Part shown: positions 15,512 to 25,107 of the stretch, piece by piece
Numbering within the stretch: the stretch's first letter is position 1
How the letters are laid out: every line of letters starts with the position of its first letter
NCBI GenBank assembly: GCA_035574535.1
Contig: DATLYV010000017.1
Span: forward strand, 1-59,181
DNA from: Candidatus Binatia bacterium
GTDB lineage: Bacteria; Chloroflexota; Limnocylindria; Limnocylindrales; CSP1-4
Length of the DNA: 59,181 nucleotides
Direction of reading: 5' to 3'
Program-made: the position numbers and the translations under genes
Notes under the pieces: generated by a model
Told to the model about the DNA's origin: nothing
What the model saw: the letters and a program-made list of their open reading frames with translations, nothing else
The model's database searches: none

Positions 15512-17980
15512 TTGGTCGAGCACGCGAGGGCTGTGGTCATCGGCGGCGGCGTCGGCGGGACGTCGATCGCCTACCACCTCGCCGAGCTCGGCTGGACCGA
15601 CATCGTGCTCGTCGACCGCGCGGAGCTGACGTCCGGCTCCACGTTCCACAGTGCCGGCCTCGTCGGCCAGCTGCGGTCCACCACGACCCTGACCCGGATG
15701 ATGATGTACGGCGCCTCGCTGTACCGGCGCCTCCAGGCCGAGACCGGCGTCGACGTCTCGTGGCACGAGGTCGGCTCCCTCCGGCTCGCCTCGTCGAAGG
15801 AGCGCTTCGAGGAGCTGCAGCGCAAGGCCGGCTGGGCGAAGACGTTCGGGCTGCCGCTTGAGCTGATCTCGCCCCGGGAGGCGCAGGCGAAGTTCCCGCT
15901 CATGACCCTCGATGGCGTGCTCGGCGCCGTCTGGCTCCCGACCGACGGCTGGCTCGACCCGTCCGGCCTCGCCCAGGCGCTCGCCGCGGGCGCCCGTTCG
16001 CGGGGCGCGCAGATCCGCCAGCACACGCGCGTGGTCGCGATCAGCGTCGCACGCGGCCGCGTGACGGGCGTCGAGGTCGAGACGAAGGGCGGCGAACGCG
16101 AGACGATCGAGGCGGAGGTCGTCGTCAACGCGGGCGGCATGTACGCCCCGGAGGTCGGCCGGCTCGCGGGCGTGACCATCCCGATCATCCCGATGGCCCA
16201 CCAGTACCTGTTCACGAACGCCATCGAGGGCGTCACGCCCGACCTTCCGACGATGCGCGACCCCGATCGCCTTTGCTACTTCCGCGAGGAGGTGGGCGGG
16301 CTGTGCATGGGCGGCTACGAGCGCGATCCTGCGCCGTGGTCGCTCGACGGCATCCCGCGCGACTTCAACCACCGCCTGCTCGAGCCGGACTGGCCCCGCT
16401 TCGAGTCGATCATGCAGGGCGCGATCAGCCGCGTCCCCGCGATCGAGGACGCCGGCATCACGCGGATGATCAACGGCCCCGAGGCGTTCACGCCGGACAA
16501 CGAGTTCATCCTCGGCGAGAGCGAGGTCCGCGGCTTCTTCGTCGCCGCCGGGTTCTGCGCCCACGGCATCGCTGGCACGGGCGGGATCGGGCAGCAGATG
16601 GCCCAGTGGATCGCCACCGGCGAGCCGGAGCTCGACCTCTGGAAGATGGACATCCGGCGGTTCGGCGGCCAGTACCGGAGCCAGTCACTGACCCTCGCCC
16701 GGACGTACGAGACCTACGCGACCTACTACGACATCCACTACCCGAGCGAGGAGCGGCAAGCCGGGCGGCCCCTGCGCCTCTCGCCGGCGTACGAGGAGCT
16801 CAAGGCGCTCGGCGCGGTCTTCGGCGAGAAGTCGATGTGGGAGCGCCCAAACTGGTTCACGCCCAACGCGGACGGCGCGGGCGTGTCGACGCGCGAGACC
16901 CTGGAAGCGCTCCGGCCGCGGGGCTGGGCCGGGCAACACTGGTCGCCGGCGATCGGCGCTGAGGCGCTGGCGACGCGGGAGCGGGCCGCGATCTTCGACG
17001 AGTCCAGCTTCGCCAAGATCGAGGTCGAGGGGCCGGGCGCGGTCGAGTTCCTCCAGCGCCTGTGCGCGAACGACGTCGACCGGCCGGTCGGGTCGATCGT
17101 GTACACGTCGATGCTGAACCGGCGGGGCGGCATCGAGTGCGACTTCACCGTCACGCGCCTGGCGGCCGACCGCTTCCTGATCGTGACCGGCACAGCCTTC
17201 GGGAACCACGACCTCGGCTGGATCCGCAGGCAGCTCCCACCCGAGGGCTTGCCGGATGTGCGCGTCCACGACGTGACCTCGGCGCGGGCGTGCTTCGGCA
17301 TCTGGGGGCCACGGGCACGGGACATCGCCCAGCAGCTCACGAAGGACGACCTCTCGAACGAGGCGTTCCCGTACCTGACCGCCCGCGAGATCACCATCGG
17401 CGACGTCCCGGTCCTCGCGCTCCGGGTGACGTACGTCGGCGAACTCGGCTGGGAGCTGTATGCGCCGTCCGAGTACGGGCGGGCGCTGTGGCGCACTCTG
17501 TGGGACGCGGGCCGGGCGCACGGGCTCGTCGCGGGCGGCTACCGCGCGATCGACGCGCTCCGCCTCGAGAAGGGCTACCGCGTCTGGTCGAGCGACATCA
17601 CGCCCGAGGAGACGCCCTTCGAGGCGGGCCTCGGCTTCGCGGTGAAGCTCGACAAGGGCGTCGACTTCATCGGCCGCGAGGCGCTGGTCGCCGCGAAGGC
17701 CGCGGGCCCGTGGAAGCGGCTGCGCTGCCTGGTCCTCGACGAGCCACGCTTCGTCGCCCTCGGGAACGAGCCGGTGCGGGTGGACGGGCGGATCATCGGG
17801 CGGGTCACGAGCGGCGGGTACGGCTTCGCGGTCGAGCGGTCGATCGCCTTCGCCTACCTCCCGCCGGACATCGGGGCGATCGGGACGCGCGGCGAGGTCG
17901 AGGTCTTCGGCGAGTGGATCGGCTTCGAGATCGCCCGCGAACCCCTCTGGGACCCGGAAGGGGCCAGAATTCGCGCGTGA
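15512..17980 (+). CDS. FAD-dependent oxidoreductase fused to a GcvT-like aminomethyltransferase domain (dimethylglycine/sarcosine dehydrogenase family)
   Basis: VVIGGGVGGTSIAYHL dinucleotide fold. C-terminal GcvT blocks (YTSMLNRRGGIECD, VTYVGELGWELY). GAGGAGGGAGA precedes TTG 15512. Confidence 0.9.
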   Translation: MVEHARAVVIGGGVGGTSIAYHLAELGWTDIVLVDRAELTSGSTFHSAGLVGQLRSTTTLTRMMMYGASLYRRLQAETGVDVSWHEVGSLRLASSKERFEELQRKAGWAKTFGLPLELISPREAQAKFPLMTLDGVLGAVWLPTDGWLDPSGLAQALAAGARSRGAQIRQHTRVVAISVARGRVTGVEVETKGGERETIEAEVVVNAGGMYAPEVGRLAGVTIPIIPMAHQYLFTNAIEGVTPDLPTMRDPDRLCYFREEVGGLCMGGYERDPAPWSLDGIPRDFNHRLLEPDWPRFESIMQGAISRVPAIEDAGITRMINGPEAFTPDNEFILGESEVRGFFVAAGFCAHGIAGTGGIGQQMAQWIATGEPELDLWKMDIRRFGGQYRSQSLTLARTYETYATYYDIHYPSEERQAGRPLRLSPAYEELKALGAVFGEKSMWERPNWFTPNADGAGVSTRETLEALRPRGWAGQHWSPAIGAEALATRERAAIFDESSFAKIEVEGPGAVEFLQRLCANDVDRPVGSIVYTSMLNRRGGIECDFTVTRLAADRFLIVTGTAFGNHDLGWIRRQLPPEGLPDVRVHDVTSARACFGIWGPRARDIAQQLTKDDLSNEAFPYLTAREITIGDVPVLALRVTYVGELGWELYAPSEYGRALWRTLWDAGRAHGLVAGGYRAIDALRLEKGYRVWSSDITPEETPFEAGLGFAVKLDKGVDFIGREALVAAKAAGPWKRLRCLVLDEPRFVALGNEPVRVDGRIIGRVTSGGYGFAVERSIAFAYLPPDIGAIGTRGEVEVFGEWIGFEIAREPLWDPEGARIRA

Positions 17981-18939
17981 CCGCCACGAACGCGACGAAG
18001 ACGATCGATTTCGGGCCGGCCTGGAGCGCCTCGCTCCGCCGCGGCCCCGAGGCGGAGCTCCGGGGCTGGGTCGACGCCGCGCTGACGTGGTGCGTCGAGA
18101 CAGACGCCATCGCCATGAAGCACTTCCGAAAGGCCGCCGCCGAGCGCAAGCCGGATCGGACGTTCGTGACGATCGCCGACACGTCGATCGAGGAACGGCT
18201 CCGGTCCCGGATCTCGGCGGCCTTCCCGAAGCACGGCATCGTGGGCGAGGAATTCGGCGACCGGGCGCCGAAGGACAAGGCCGGCACGCGCTGGTACGTC
18301 GACCCGATCGACGGCACGCACAACTACCTCCGCGGCGTGCCGATCTTCGGCACGCTCCTCGCGGTCGAGCGCGATGGCGAGCTGCAGGCGGCGGTGATCT
18401 CGGCCCCGGCCCTGCGGACGCGCTGGGGCGCGTGGCGGGGCGGGGGAGCGTGGGCCTTCTCGACCATCGGCGGGGCCGAACCGCGCCGGATCGCGGTCTC
18501 GCGCATCGACGACCTCGCCGAGAGCCACGTCCTCTACACGAGCTACGCGGAGATGGCGGCGTCGGGTCGCGTTCCGGGGCTGCACGCGCTGCTCGCGCGC
18601 GCGTGGCGGGAGCGCGGCTTCGGCGACTTCTGGAGCTACACGCTGGTCGCCGAAGGCGCCGCGGAGGCGATGGTCGAGACGGATCTCAAGCCCTGGGACG
18701 CCGCGGCGCCGTTCCTGCTCGTCGAGGAGGCCGGCGGCCGGGCGACCGACCTGACGGGCGAGCGCACGATCCACGGAGGCACCTTCATCGCGACGAACGG
18801 CTTGCTCCATGACCGCGTTCTGTCGATCCTTGCCGGGCGCGGCGAGGCGGCACGGGAGGCCGCGCCGCCGCCGGATGCCGCGCCGCCGCCGGATGCCGCG
18901 CCGTCGGATGCGACACCGCCCAAGGAGGTCGATCGATGA
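17977..18939 (+). CDS. Inositol monophosphatase family protein (possible histidinol-phosphatase HisN type)
   Basis: EEFG, WYVDPIDGT and WDAAAP motifs. GTG 17977 overlaps the upstream stop (GTGA). Trimmed from track ORF 17062-18939. Confidence 0.85.
   Translation: MTATNATKTIDFGPAWSASLRRGPEAELRGWVDAALTWCVETDAIAMKHFRKAAAERKPDRTFVTIADTSIEERLRSRISAAFPKHGIVGEEFGDRAPKDKAGTRWYVDPIDGTHNYLRGVPIFGTLLAVERDGELQAAVISAPALRTRWGAWRGGGAWAFSTIGGAEPRRIAVSRIDDLAESHVLYTSYAEMAASGRVPGLHALLARAWRERGFGDFWSYTLVAEGAAEAMVETDLKPWDAAAPFLLVEEAGGRATDLTGERTIHGGTFIATNGLLHDRVLSILAGRGEAAREAAPPPDAAPPPDAAPSDATPPKEVDR
18859..18909 (+). repeat. In-frame 18-nt tandem repeat encoding AAPPPD-AAPPPD-AAPSD at the C-terminus
   Basis: Units at 18859-18876 and 18877-18894 are identical. 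A 15-nt variant lies at 18895-18909. Confidence 0.85.
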
Positions 18940-19841
18940 CCGAGCCCGCGCCACCCCCCGGCAGCGGCGGACCGGCGAGCCATGGGCGCGTCGCGGCTAC
19001 CTCGAGCGGCGCCCCGGCCTCGGTCGGCGCACCAACCCCGAGCGGCGCACCAACCCCGAGCGGTGACGGCGCGTCGACCGGTGCCCGGTCCGACGACGTC
19101 CCGGGCGCTCCCGTCGCGCAGGTCGTCGGGCGCGTCCCGCGCTACCCGGCTCCGAACAGCCCGGACGACCAGGCGCGCCGGGCTCAGCTCCTCGCCACCG
19201 AGCACTGGAGCCTCCTCGCCACCCGGACGATGTCGTGGAGCGAGGCCTTCAGCCGAACGAACACCTTCCTCTCGACCCTCTCCGCCGCGACCGTCGCGCT
19301 CGCGCTCGCGGGCCCCGCGATGGCGTTCGGGTCGGCCTTCGCCCTCGTCGCCCTGGTGATCCTGTCGGTCGTGCTGTTCCTCGGCGTCGCGACGTTCGTG
19401 CGGCTGACGCAGGTCAACAACGAGGACCTGTACTGGGTCTACGGGATGAACCGGCTGCGCGGCGCGTACGGCCGACTCGTCCCGGGGATCGAGCACGAGT
19501 TCATCACCGGCCACACGGTCGACCGGGCGGGCTTCGCCCGGACGTTCGGCGCGACCGACGTCTCGTCGCCGTCCAAGCTCCACCTGCTGATCACGACACC
19601 GGCGGTCGTCGGCGTGATCTCGAGCGTCGTGTTCGGGGTGATTGTCGGCATCCTCGTGGCCCAGTTCGGGACGACCGAGCTCATCGCGGTCGGCTCCGGC
19701 GCCGCGGCCGCGGTTCTCGGGATCGCGCTGATGGTCCGCTACGCCGCCACCGAGCAGCGGAAGTACATCCGCCGCATGAGCTCCCTCAACGACGAGCGCC
19801 CCGATCACCACGACCTCGACCGGGTCGCGCCCTCGCGCTAG
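18936..19841 (+). CDS. Membrane protein with disordered Pro/Ser/Gly N-terminus, unknown function
   Basis: AAGGAGG lies 6 nt upstream. The ATG overlaps the upstream TGA (ATGA). Four hydrophobic segments. Confidence 0.6.
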   Translation: MTEPAPPPGSGGPASHGRVAATSSGAPASVGAPTPSGAPTPSGDGASTGARSDDVPGAPVAQVVGRVPRYPAPNSPDDQARRAQLLATEHWSLLATRTMSWSEAFSRTNTFLSTLSAATVALALAGPAMAFGSAFALVALVILSVVLFLGVATFVRLTQVNNEDLYWVYGMNRLRGAYGRLVPGIEHEFITGHTVDRAGFARTFGATDVSSPSKLHLLITTPAVVGVISSVVFGVIVGILVAQFGTTELIAVGSGAAAAVLGIALMVRYAATEQRKYIRRMSSLNDERPDHHDLDRVAPSR

Positions 19842-19880
19842 GTAGCCGCGCCCGCCGATGTTCCGGTGCCACGCGCACCG

Positions 19881-19898
19881 ACCGCCGACGTCGGCGGT
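19881..19898. other. 18-bp perfect palindrome ACCGCCGAC/GTCGGCGGT between convergent genes
   Basis: Read directly. No flanking U/A tract, so its role as a terminator is uncertain. Confidence 0.35.
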
Positions 19899-20174
19899 AC
19901 CTGTCCCGGGCAGCTACCTCGACACCGTGCGATTGAGGTGAACGCCGGGACCTCGATTCGCGGGTTGCACGACCCCGCCCGGCCATCGGCCGACGAGAAC
20001 GGTCCCACGCCACGCTCGGCTCGGGAAATCGAAAGACTGTCGGAGACGCGGCCGGCCTGGAAACCGGCGCCCAAGTCGCGATTCCGCCGCCAGATGCGCA
20101 ATGGAATCGAAACTCGACAAGGTGGTGGGCCGCAGGGCGCGACACATGGCGCGCGGGCGAGCACCAGGCGCTGG

Positions 20175-21083
20175 CTACTCCAGCGAGCGGACGGGCTGGA
20201 AGTCGCGGAAGGCCTGGCGGCGCTGCCAGAGCGTGCTGATCACGACCAGCGCCACCGCCGAGACGAAGATGATCGTCCCGATGACGTTGACCTGGACCGG
20301 GATGCCCCGGAGCTTCGCGCCGTAGATGTAGAGCGGGAAGGTGTCGGTCTGGCCGGAGGTCAGCGAGGTGATCACGTAGTCGTCGATCGACAGGCTGAAC
20401 GCCAGCAGCGCCGCCGCGATGACGCCCGGCAGGATCAGCGGGAAGGTGACCTTCCAGAACGTCGTCCACTCGTTGGCCCCGAGGTCCATCGCCGCCTCCT
20501 CGAGGTGGCGTGGGAAGTTCGCGAGCCGGGCCTTCACCGTCACGACCACATAGCTGATGCAGAACATGATGTGGGCGATCAGGATCGTCCGGATGTTCAG
20601 CGGGAAGAGCAGGCCCTCGGGCACGAACGGCATGCTCGTGGTCGAGACGAACAGCGTGAGCAGCGACGCGCCGAGCACGACCTCCGGCGTCGACATCGGC
20701 AGGAAGATCAGCATGTTCGTGGCACCGCGGCCGCGGAAGCTGTAGCGCACGAGGGCGAGCGCGATGAGCGTGCCAAGGATCGTCGACACGAAGGTCGCGC
20801 CGAACCCGATCCAGAGGCTGTTGATGACCGCCTCCTCGAGGCCGGGCCGCCCGAACGGGTCGAGCCAGGCGTGGAGCGAGAACTGCTTGAACAGCAGGTT
20901 TGTCCGACCGCCCGGGTCGTTGAAGCTGAAGAGGATCATGACCAGCACCGGCAGCGCCAGGTAGGTCACGACGCCGAGCGTGTAGAGCGGCAGCAGCCAG
21001 CGGTCGAGCAGTCGTCCGGATCGGAGGAACGACCGGGACGGCGCCCGGAGCGCCGACGCGTCGGCGCGCGCGGTCACGCCCAA
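20175..21083 (-). CDS. potC: Polyamine (spermidine/putrescine)-type ABC transporter permease, PotC-like
   Basis: EAA loop LEEAAMDLGANEWTTFWKVTFPLILPG and six TM segments. The likelier start is GTG 21077 (GGGAGG-N6). Confidence 0.8.
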   Translation of the reverse strand: MGVTARADASALRAPSRSFLRSGRLLDRWLLPLYTLGVVTYLALPVLVMILFSFNDPGGRTNLLFKQFSLHAWLDPFGRPGLEEAVINSLWIGFGATFVSTILGTLIALALVRYSFRGRGATNMLIFLPMSTPEVVLGASLLTLFVSTTSMPFVPEGLLFPLNIRTILIAHIMFCISYVVVTVKARLANFPRHLEEAAMDLGANEWTTFWKVTFPLILPGVIAAALLAFSLSIDDYVITSLTSGQTDTFPLYIYGAKLRGIPVQVNVIGTIIFVSAVALVVISTLWQRRQAFRDFQPVRSLE

Positions 21084-21171
21084 CCTCCCGTTGCCGTGGC
21101 GGCGCCCGTCTCCGTGAAGGTGCCTGTCGTCGTGGCGGCCCCGGGACCTCCGGTCGTCCGCCCGTCCCGCG

Positions 21172-22176
21172 TCACGCCCGGCCTCCCGTCAGTTCCTCGG
21201 TGCCGAGGATCCGGGCGTACAGGAGCACTCCGACGATGATCGCGGCCATCAGGATGAACGACAGCGCCGAGGCCATCGGGTAGTCGGTGATCTCCAGGAA
21301 CCGCGCCTGGATGACGTTCCCGATCATCTGCGACTGCGGGTTGCCGAGCAGCTCGGCGTTCACGAAGTCACCGACCGCCGGGATGAACGTCAGCAGCGAG
21401 CCCGCGAACACGCCTGGGAGCGAGAGCGGGAACGTGACCCGCACGAAGGCCTCGCTGATCAGGAACGTCCCGATGACCGCTCCGACGCCGACCCCCAGGA
21501 GCGCCGGCACGATCGGCGCGGCGTCGAGGACGAACGCCGCGAGCCCCGCGAGCACGCCGCCCACGGCCCCGCCCACGATCGTCCCGCCGGGACGCCATGG
21601 ACCGGCGTAGAGGTCGTTGGCCGCCTCGAGGAGCCGGACGTCGACCTTCTCCAGCGCCACGTACAGCGGCAGCGTCATGAACGGCAGCAGGTTGTACGTG
21701 ATCCCGGCGATGACCGCGAGCGGCGTCGCCAGCAGGTGGAAGTCATTGGACAGGAGCCCGAGGTCCTTCAGGGGCCCGAGGACCATGCCGTTGTCCGCGA
21801 GAATGATCGTCCAGGAGATCGTTCGGAGCAGGAAGCTCGTGAAGAACGGCGCGATGACCAGGAACAGCAGGATGTTCTTGAATCGCCCGCCCTTGAAGGC
21901 GATCGTGTAGGCCAACGGATAACCGAGCAGGAACGCGAGGATCGTCGCCAGCCCGCCGTACTCCGCCGACCGCACGATCCACGGCCAGTATTCCGAGAAC
22001 CCCTCGGCGTAGATCCCGAAGTTCCAGGTCTGCCGGAAGCCGTCGGTGATGTTCCCCGTCCACAGCGAGACGAGGAACAGCTGGATCGCCGGGTAGACGT
22101 AGAACAGCAGCAGCCACCCGATGCCGGGCAGGAGCAGCAGGTAGGGGATCGCGCCCCGCGGGACCCGGCTCACCAT
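21172..22176 (-). CDS. potB: Polyamine-type ABC transporter permease, PotB-like, with an insertion in the EAA loop
   Basis: LLEAANDLYAGPW...AFVRVTFPLSLPG. MalF/PotB-like TM layout. Confidence 0.8.
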   Translation of the reverse strand: MVSRVPRGAIPYLLLLPGIGWLLLFYVYPAIQLFLVSLWTGNITDGFRQTWNFGIYAEGFSEYWPWIVRSAEYGGLATILAFLLGYPLAYTIAFKGGRFKNILLFLVIAPFFTSFLLRTISWTIILADNGMVLGPLKDLGLLSNDFHLLATPLAVIAGITYNLLPFMTLPLYVALEKVDVRLLEAANDLYAGPWRPGGTIVGGAVGGVLAGLAAFVLDAAPIVPALLGVGVGAVIGTFLISEAFVRVTFPLSLPGVFAGSLLTFIPAVGDFVNAELLGNPQSQMIGNVIQARFLEITDYPMASALSFILMAAIIVGVLLYARILGTEELTGGRA

Positions 22177-22289
22177 CGCTCGATCAGGCCATGATCACGC
22201 CCGGCCACGTCCGGTCCGTTCGCCCCGGCGATCGGTCAGGGCCGACTCGGCAGCCAGCACGTCGTCGCCCCGGCGGTTCGGGTCCGGGC

Positions 22290-23534
22290 TCAGAGGCCCA
22301 GCACCCGCGAGAAGTCCTCGGCCCAGCGGCTCTCCTCGTCGGCGTTCGTCGCCCGGAACTGGTGCAGCCTGGCCGTCATCTCCTCGGTCGGGAAGATCAG
22401 GGTGTTCTCGGCGAGGCTCGCGTCGAGCTCCAGCATCGCCTCGCGGGCGCCCTTGACCGGGCAGACGTAGTTGACGTAGGCCTCGATGGTCGCCGCGTTC
22501 GTGGGCTCGTAGTAGAAGTTGATCCAGAGCTCCGCCTGGCCCTTGTTCTCGGCCCCCTTCGGGATCACCATGTTGTCGGTCCAGAGCATCCCGCCTTCGC
22601 TGGGCAGGGCCCACTGGAAGTCCTGATTGGCCGCCTGGACCGGCTGGATGAGGCTGGTGACGTCGCCGGACCAGGCCATGCCGACGACGGCGTCGCCGAT
22701 CAGCATCGTGTCGACGTAGGAGTTGCCGGCCAGCTGGCGCGGGATCCCCGCCTTGACCGCCCGGTCGACCTCGGCCAGGGCCTGCTGGAACTGCTCCTCG
22801 GTCAGGTCCTCCGGTGGGAGCCCGAGCTTGATCGCGGCGAGGCCGACCGTGTCGCGCATCTCGGTGAGGTACGTCACCCGGCCCTTGTAGGTGTCGTTGA
22901 AGAGCACCTCGAGCGAGTCGATCGGGCCGGTGATGGCCGCGTCGAAGCCGATGCCGGTCATGCCGGACTGCCAGGGCGAGGCGAGGTTGGTATCCGGGTC
23001 GAACGAGCGGCCCTTGTACTGGTCGGCCAGGTTGGCGACGAAGTTCGGCGTGTTCGCGGTGTTGATCGTCTCGACCCAACCGAGGCGGACGAGCCGGGCG
23101 ACCATCCAGTCGGTGACGACGATGATGTCCCAGCCGGTCGGCTGGTTCGCGCGCAGCGGCGCCTCGAGGTCGGACGTGAAGAACGTTTCGTTGTCGTCGA
23201 TGTCCTCCTGGTAGTTCACCTCGATGCCGGTCTCGGCGGTGAACTTCTCGAGGGTCGGGTAGTTGTTGTCGTCGTCGATGTCGATATAGCCGATCCAGTT
23301 CGCGAAGTTGAGCGTGCCGCCGCCGGTCGCGGCGGGCGCCTCGGTCGCGGCGGTCGTCGGGCCGGGGGTGCCGGGGGCGGGCGTCCCGCCCGCGGGCGCC
23401 GTCGGCTGGGCCGTTGTCCCGGGGGTGCCGCAGGCGGCGAGGAACGCCGCGAAGCCCGTCAGGGCGCTGCCGGCGAGGAAGTGGCGGCGCGAGAGCTCCG
23501 CGTTCCTGATCGCCGTGTCGATCCGGTCGGTCAT
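22290..23534 (-). CDS. potD: Polyamine-type periplasmic/extracellular solute-binding lipoprotein, PotD/PotF-like
   Basis: TAT motif SRRHFL plus lipobox LAAC, then an SBP fold. Lies in an operon with the potA/B/C-like genes. Confidence 0.75.
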   Translation of the reverse strand: MTDRIDTAIRNAELSRRHFLAGSALTGFAAFLAACGTPGTTAQPTAPAGGTPAPGTPGPTTAATEAPAATGGGTLNFANWIGYIDIDDDNNYPTLEKFTAETGIEVNYQEDIDDNETFFTSDLEAPLRANQPTGWDIIVVTDWMVARLVRLGWVETINTANTPNFVANLADQYKGRSFDPDTNLASPWQSGMTGIGFDAAITGPIDSLEVLFNDTYKGRVTYLTEMRDTVGLAAIKLGLPPEDLTEEQFQQALAEVDRAVKAGIPRQLAGNSYVDTMLIGDAVVGMAWSGDVTSLIQPVQAANQDFQWALPSEGGMLWTDNMVIPKGAENKGQAELWINFYYEPTNAATIEAYVNYVCPVKGAREAMLELDASLAENTLIFPTEEMTARLHQFRATNADEESRWAEDFSRVLGL

Positions 23535-23564
23535 CGGGTGCCTCCTGCCCTGGGCATGGTGCGG

Positions 23565-24770
23565 TCAGACGACCGCTGCGGGTTCCGGTTCGTCGGCGGC
23601 GGCCCCCGGGCCGCCGGCGTCCTCGACGATGAAGCAGTGCTCCGGCGACCAGCAGAGGATGACCTCCTCACCGCTGTTCCAGAGCTCGGCCTTGGTGGCG
23701 CGCGTGACGTTCTGCTCGAAGACGGTCACGCGGTGGCCGTCCTTGAGCTGCACGATGTACTGGGTGCTCACGCCCAGGTACGCCGCGTGGGCGATCGTCC
23801 CCGGGACGCGGTTGAAGCCCGCGGGCGACACCTCCTTCGGCTCCAGCAGGCGGATCTTCTCCGGCCGGACGCCGAGCGCCAGGGTCCCGACGCGGTCCTG
23901 GACGACGGCGGCCGGGGCGCGGACGGTCGATCCGTCCGAGATACGGAACGTGACGTAGCCGTCGTCGCGGCCCTCCGCGATGGCCGGCAGCAGGTTGCTG
24001 ACCCCGAGGAACCCGGCGACGAACTTCGTCTTCGGGCGCTCGTAGAGGCTCTCGGGATCGCCGAGCTGCTCGTACCGGCCGTAATTCATGACGGCGATGC
24101 GATCGGACATCGTCATCGCCTCCTCCTGGTCGTGGGTCACGTAGATGAACGTGATCCCGACCTCCTGCTGGATGCGCTTCAGCTCGACCTGCATCTGCTT
24201 GCGGAGCTTGAGGTCGAGGGCGCCCAGGGGCTCGTCGAGGAGGAGGACCGCCGGCTTGTTCACGAGGGCGCGGGCGAGCGCGACGCGCTGGGCCTGCCCG
24301 CCGGAGATCTGCCCTGGCTTGCGGCCCTCGTAGCCGGGGAGCTCGACCAGCTCGAGCATCTCGGTGACGCGCTTCTTCACCTCGGCGTCGGGGACCCTCT
24401 TGCGGCGCAGGCCGAAGGCGACGTTCTCGTAGATCGTCAGGTGCGGGAAGAGCGCGTAGTTCTGGAAGACCGTGTTGACGTTCCGCTTGTACGCGGGCAG
24501 CCAGGTGACGTCCTCGCCCTGGAGCTCGATGCGCCCCTCCGTCGGCTGCTCGAAGCCGCCGATCATGCGCAGGGTCGTGGTCTTTCCGCAGCCCGATGGG
24601 CCCAGGAGGCTGAAGAACTCGCCCTCGTTGACCTCGAGGTCGATGTGGTCGACGGCGACGAAGCCCTGGTCCGCTTTGGCGTTGTCGATGGAGTTGGCGC
24701 CCCGGCGACCGGGCTGGTCGCCCCCGAAGCGCTTCGTCAGCTGGGTGAGGCGAACGGCAACATCAGCCAT
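23565..24770 (-). CDS. potA: Polyamine-type ABC transporter ATP-binding protein, PotA-like
   Basis: GPSGCGKTT, FQNYALFPHLTIYENV, ISGGQAQR and LLLDEPLGALD motifs, plus a C-terminal TOBE-like domain. GGAGGAGAG lies 10 nt before ATG 24770. Confidence 0.85.
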   Translation of the reverse strand: MADVAVRLTQLTKRFGGDQPGRRGANSIDNAKADQGFVAVDHIDLEVNEGEFFSLLGPSGCGKTTTLRMIGGFEQPTEGRIELQGEDVTWLPAYKRNVNTVFQNYALFPHLTIYENVAFGLRRKRVPDAEVKKRVTEMLELVELPGYEGRKPGQISGGQAQRVALARALVNKPAVLLLDEPLGALDLKLRKQMQVELKRIQQEVGITFIYVTHDQEEAMTMSDRIAVMNYGRYEQLGDPESLYERPKTKFVAGFLGVSNLLPAIAEGRDDGYVTFRISDGSTVRAPAAVVQDRVGTLALGVRPEKIRLLEPKEVSPAGFNRVPGTIAHAAYLGVSTQYIVQLKDGHRVTVFEQNVTRATKAELWNSGEEVILCWSPEHCFIVEDAGGPGAAADEPEPAAVV

Positions 24771-25107
24771 CCAGGCGGGGCTCTCCTCCAACGGGCCGAC
24801 GCGGCTGCCACTGCCTCCTCGGATCTGCCGCGCCCCCGACCCGTGGCGGCGAGGATAGGTTGCCGTCCGGGATCATGCAAACCGCGGAATCGCTCGCGGG
24901 GCGCGCGGGCAGTGGTGCGAAATTCGCAGCCCGTAGGGTGCCGAAGTGCGAAGTACGGGCATCGGTCGGTCCGCGAAAACCGTAGTCGACGGTTCGGCTG
25001 AGCCTGGCGACGGCGTTCGATGACGACCGGGGCTACGATATCGACGCCGGTGTCGTCAGAACCCCCGAGGCGGGAGCGACGCGGCGCGAGGAGGCGCGAT
25101 CACCCCG

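Noticed and set aside
22191-25001. 936-aa ORF on the plus strand
   Set aside because: It is antisense to the potD- and potA-like genes (Walker A/B, signature motif, TAT-lipobox). Shadow ORF.
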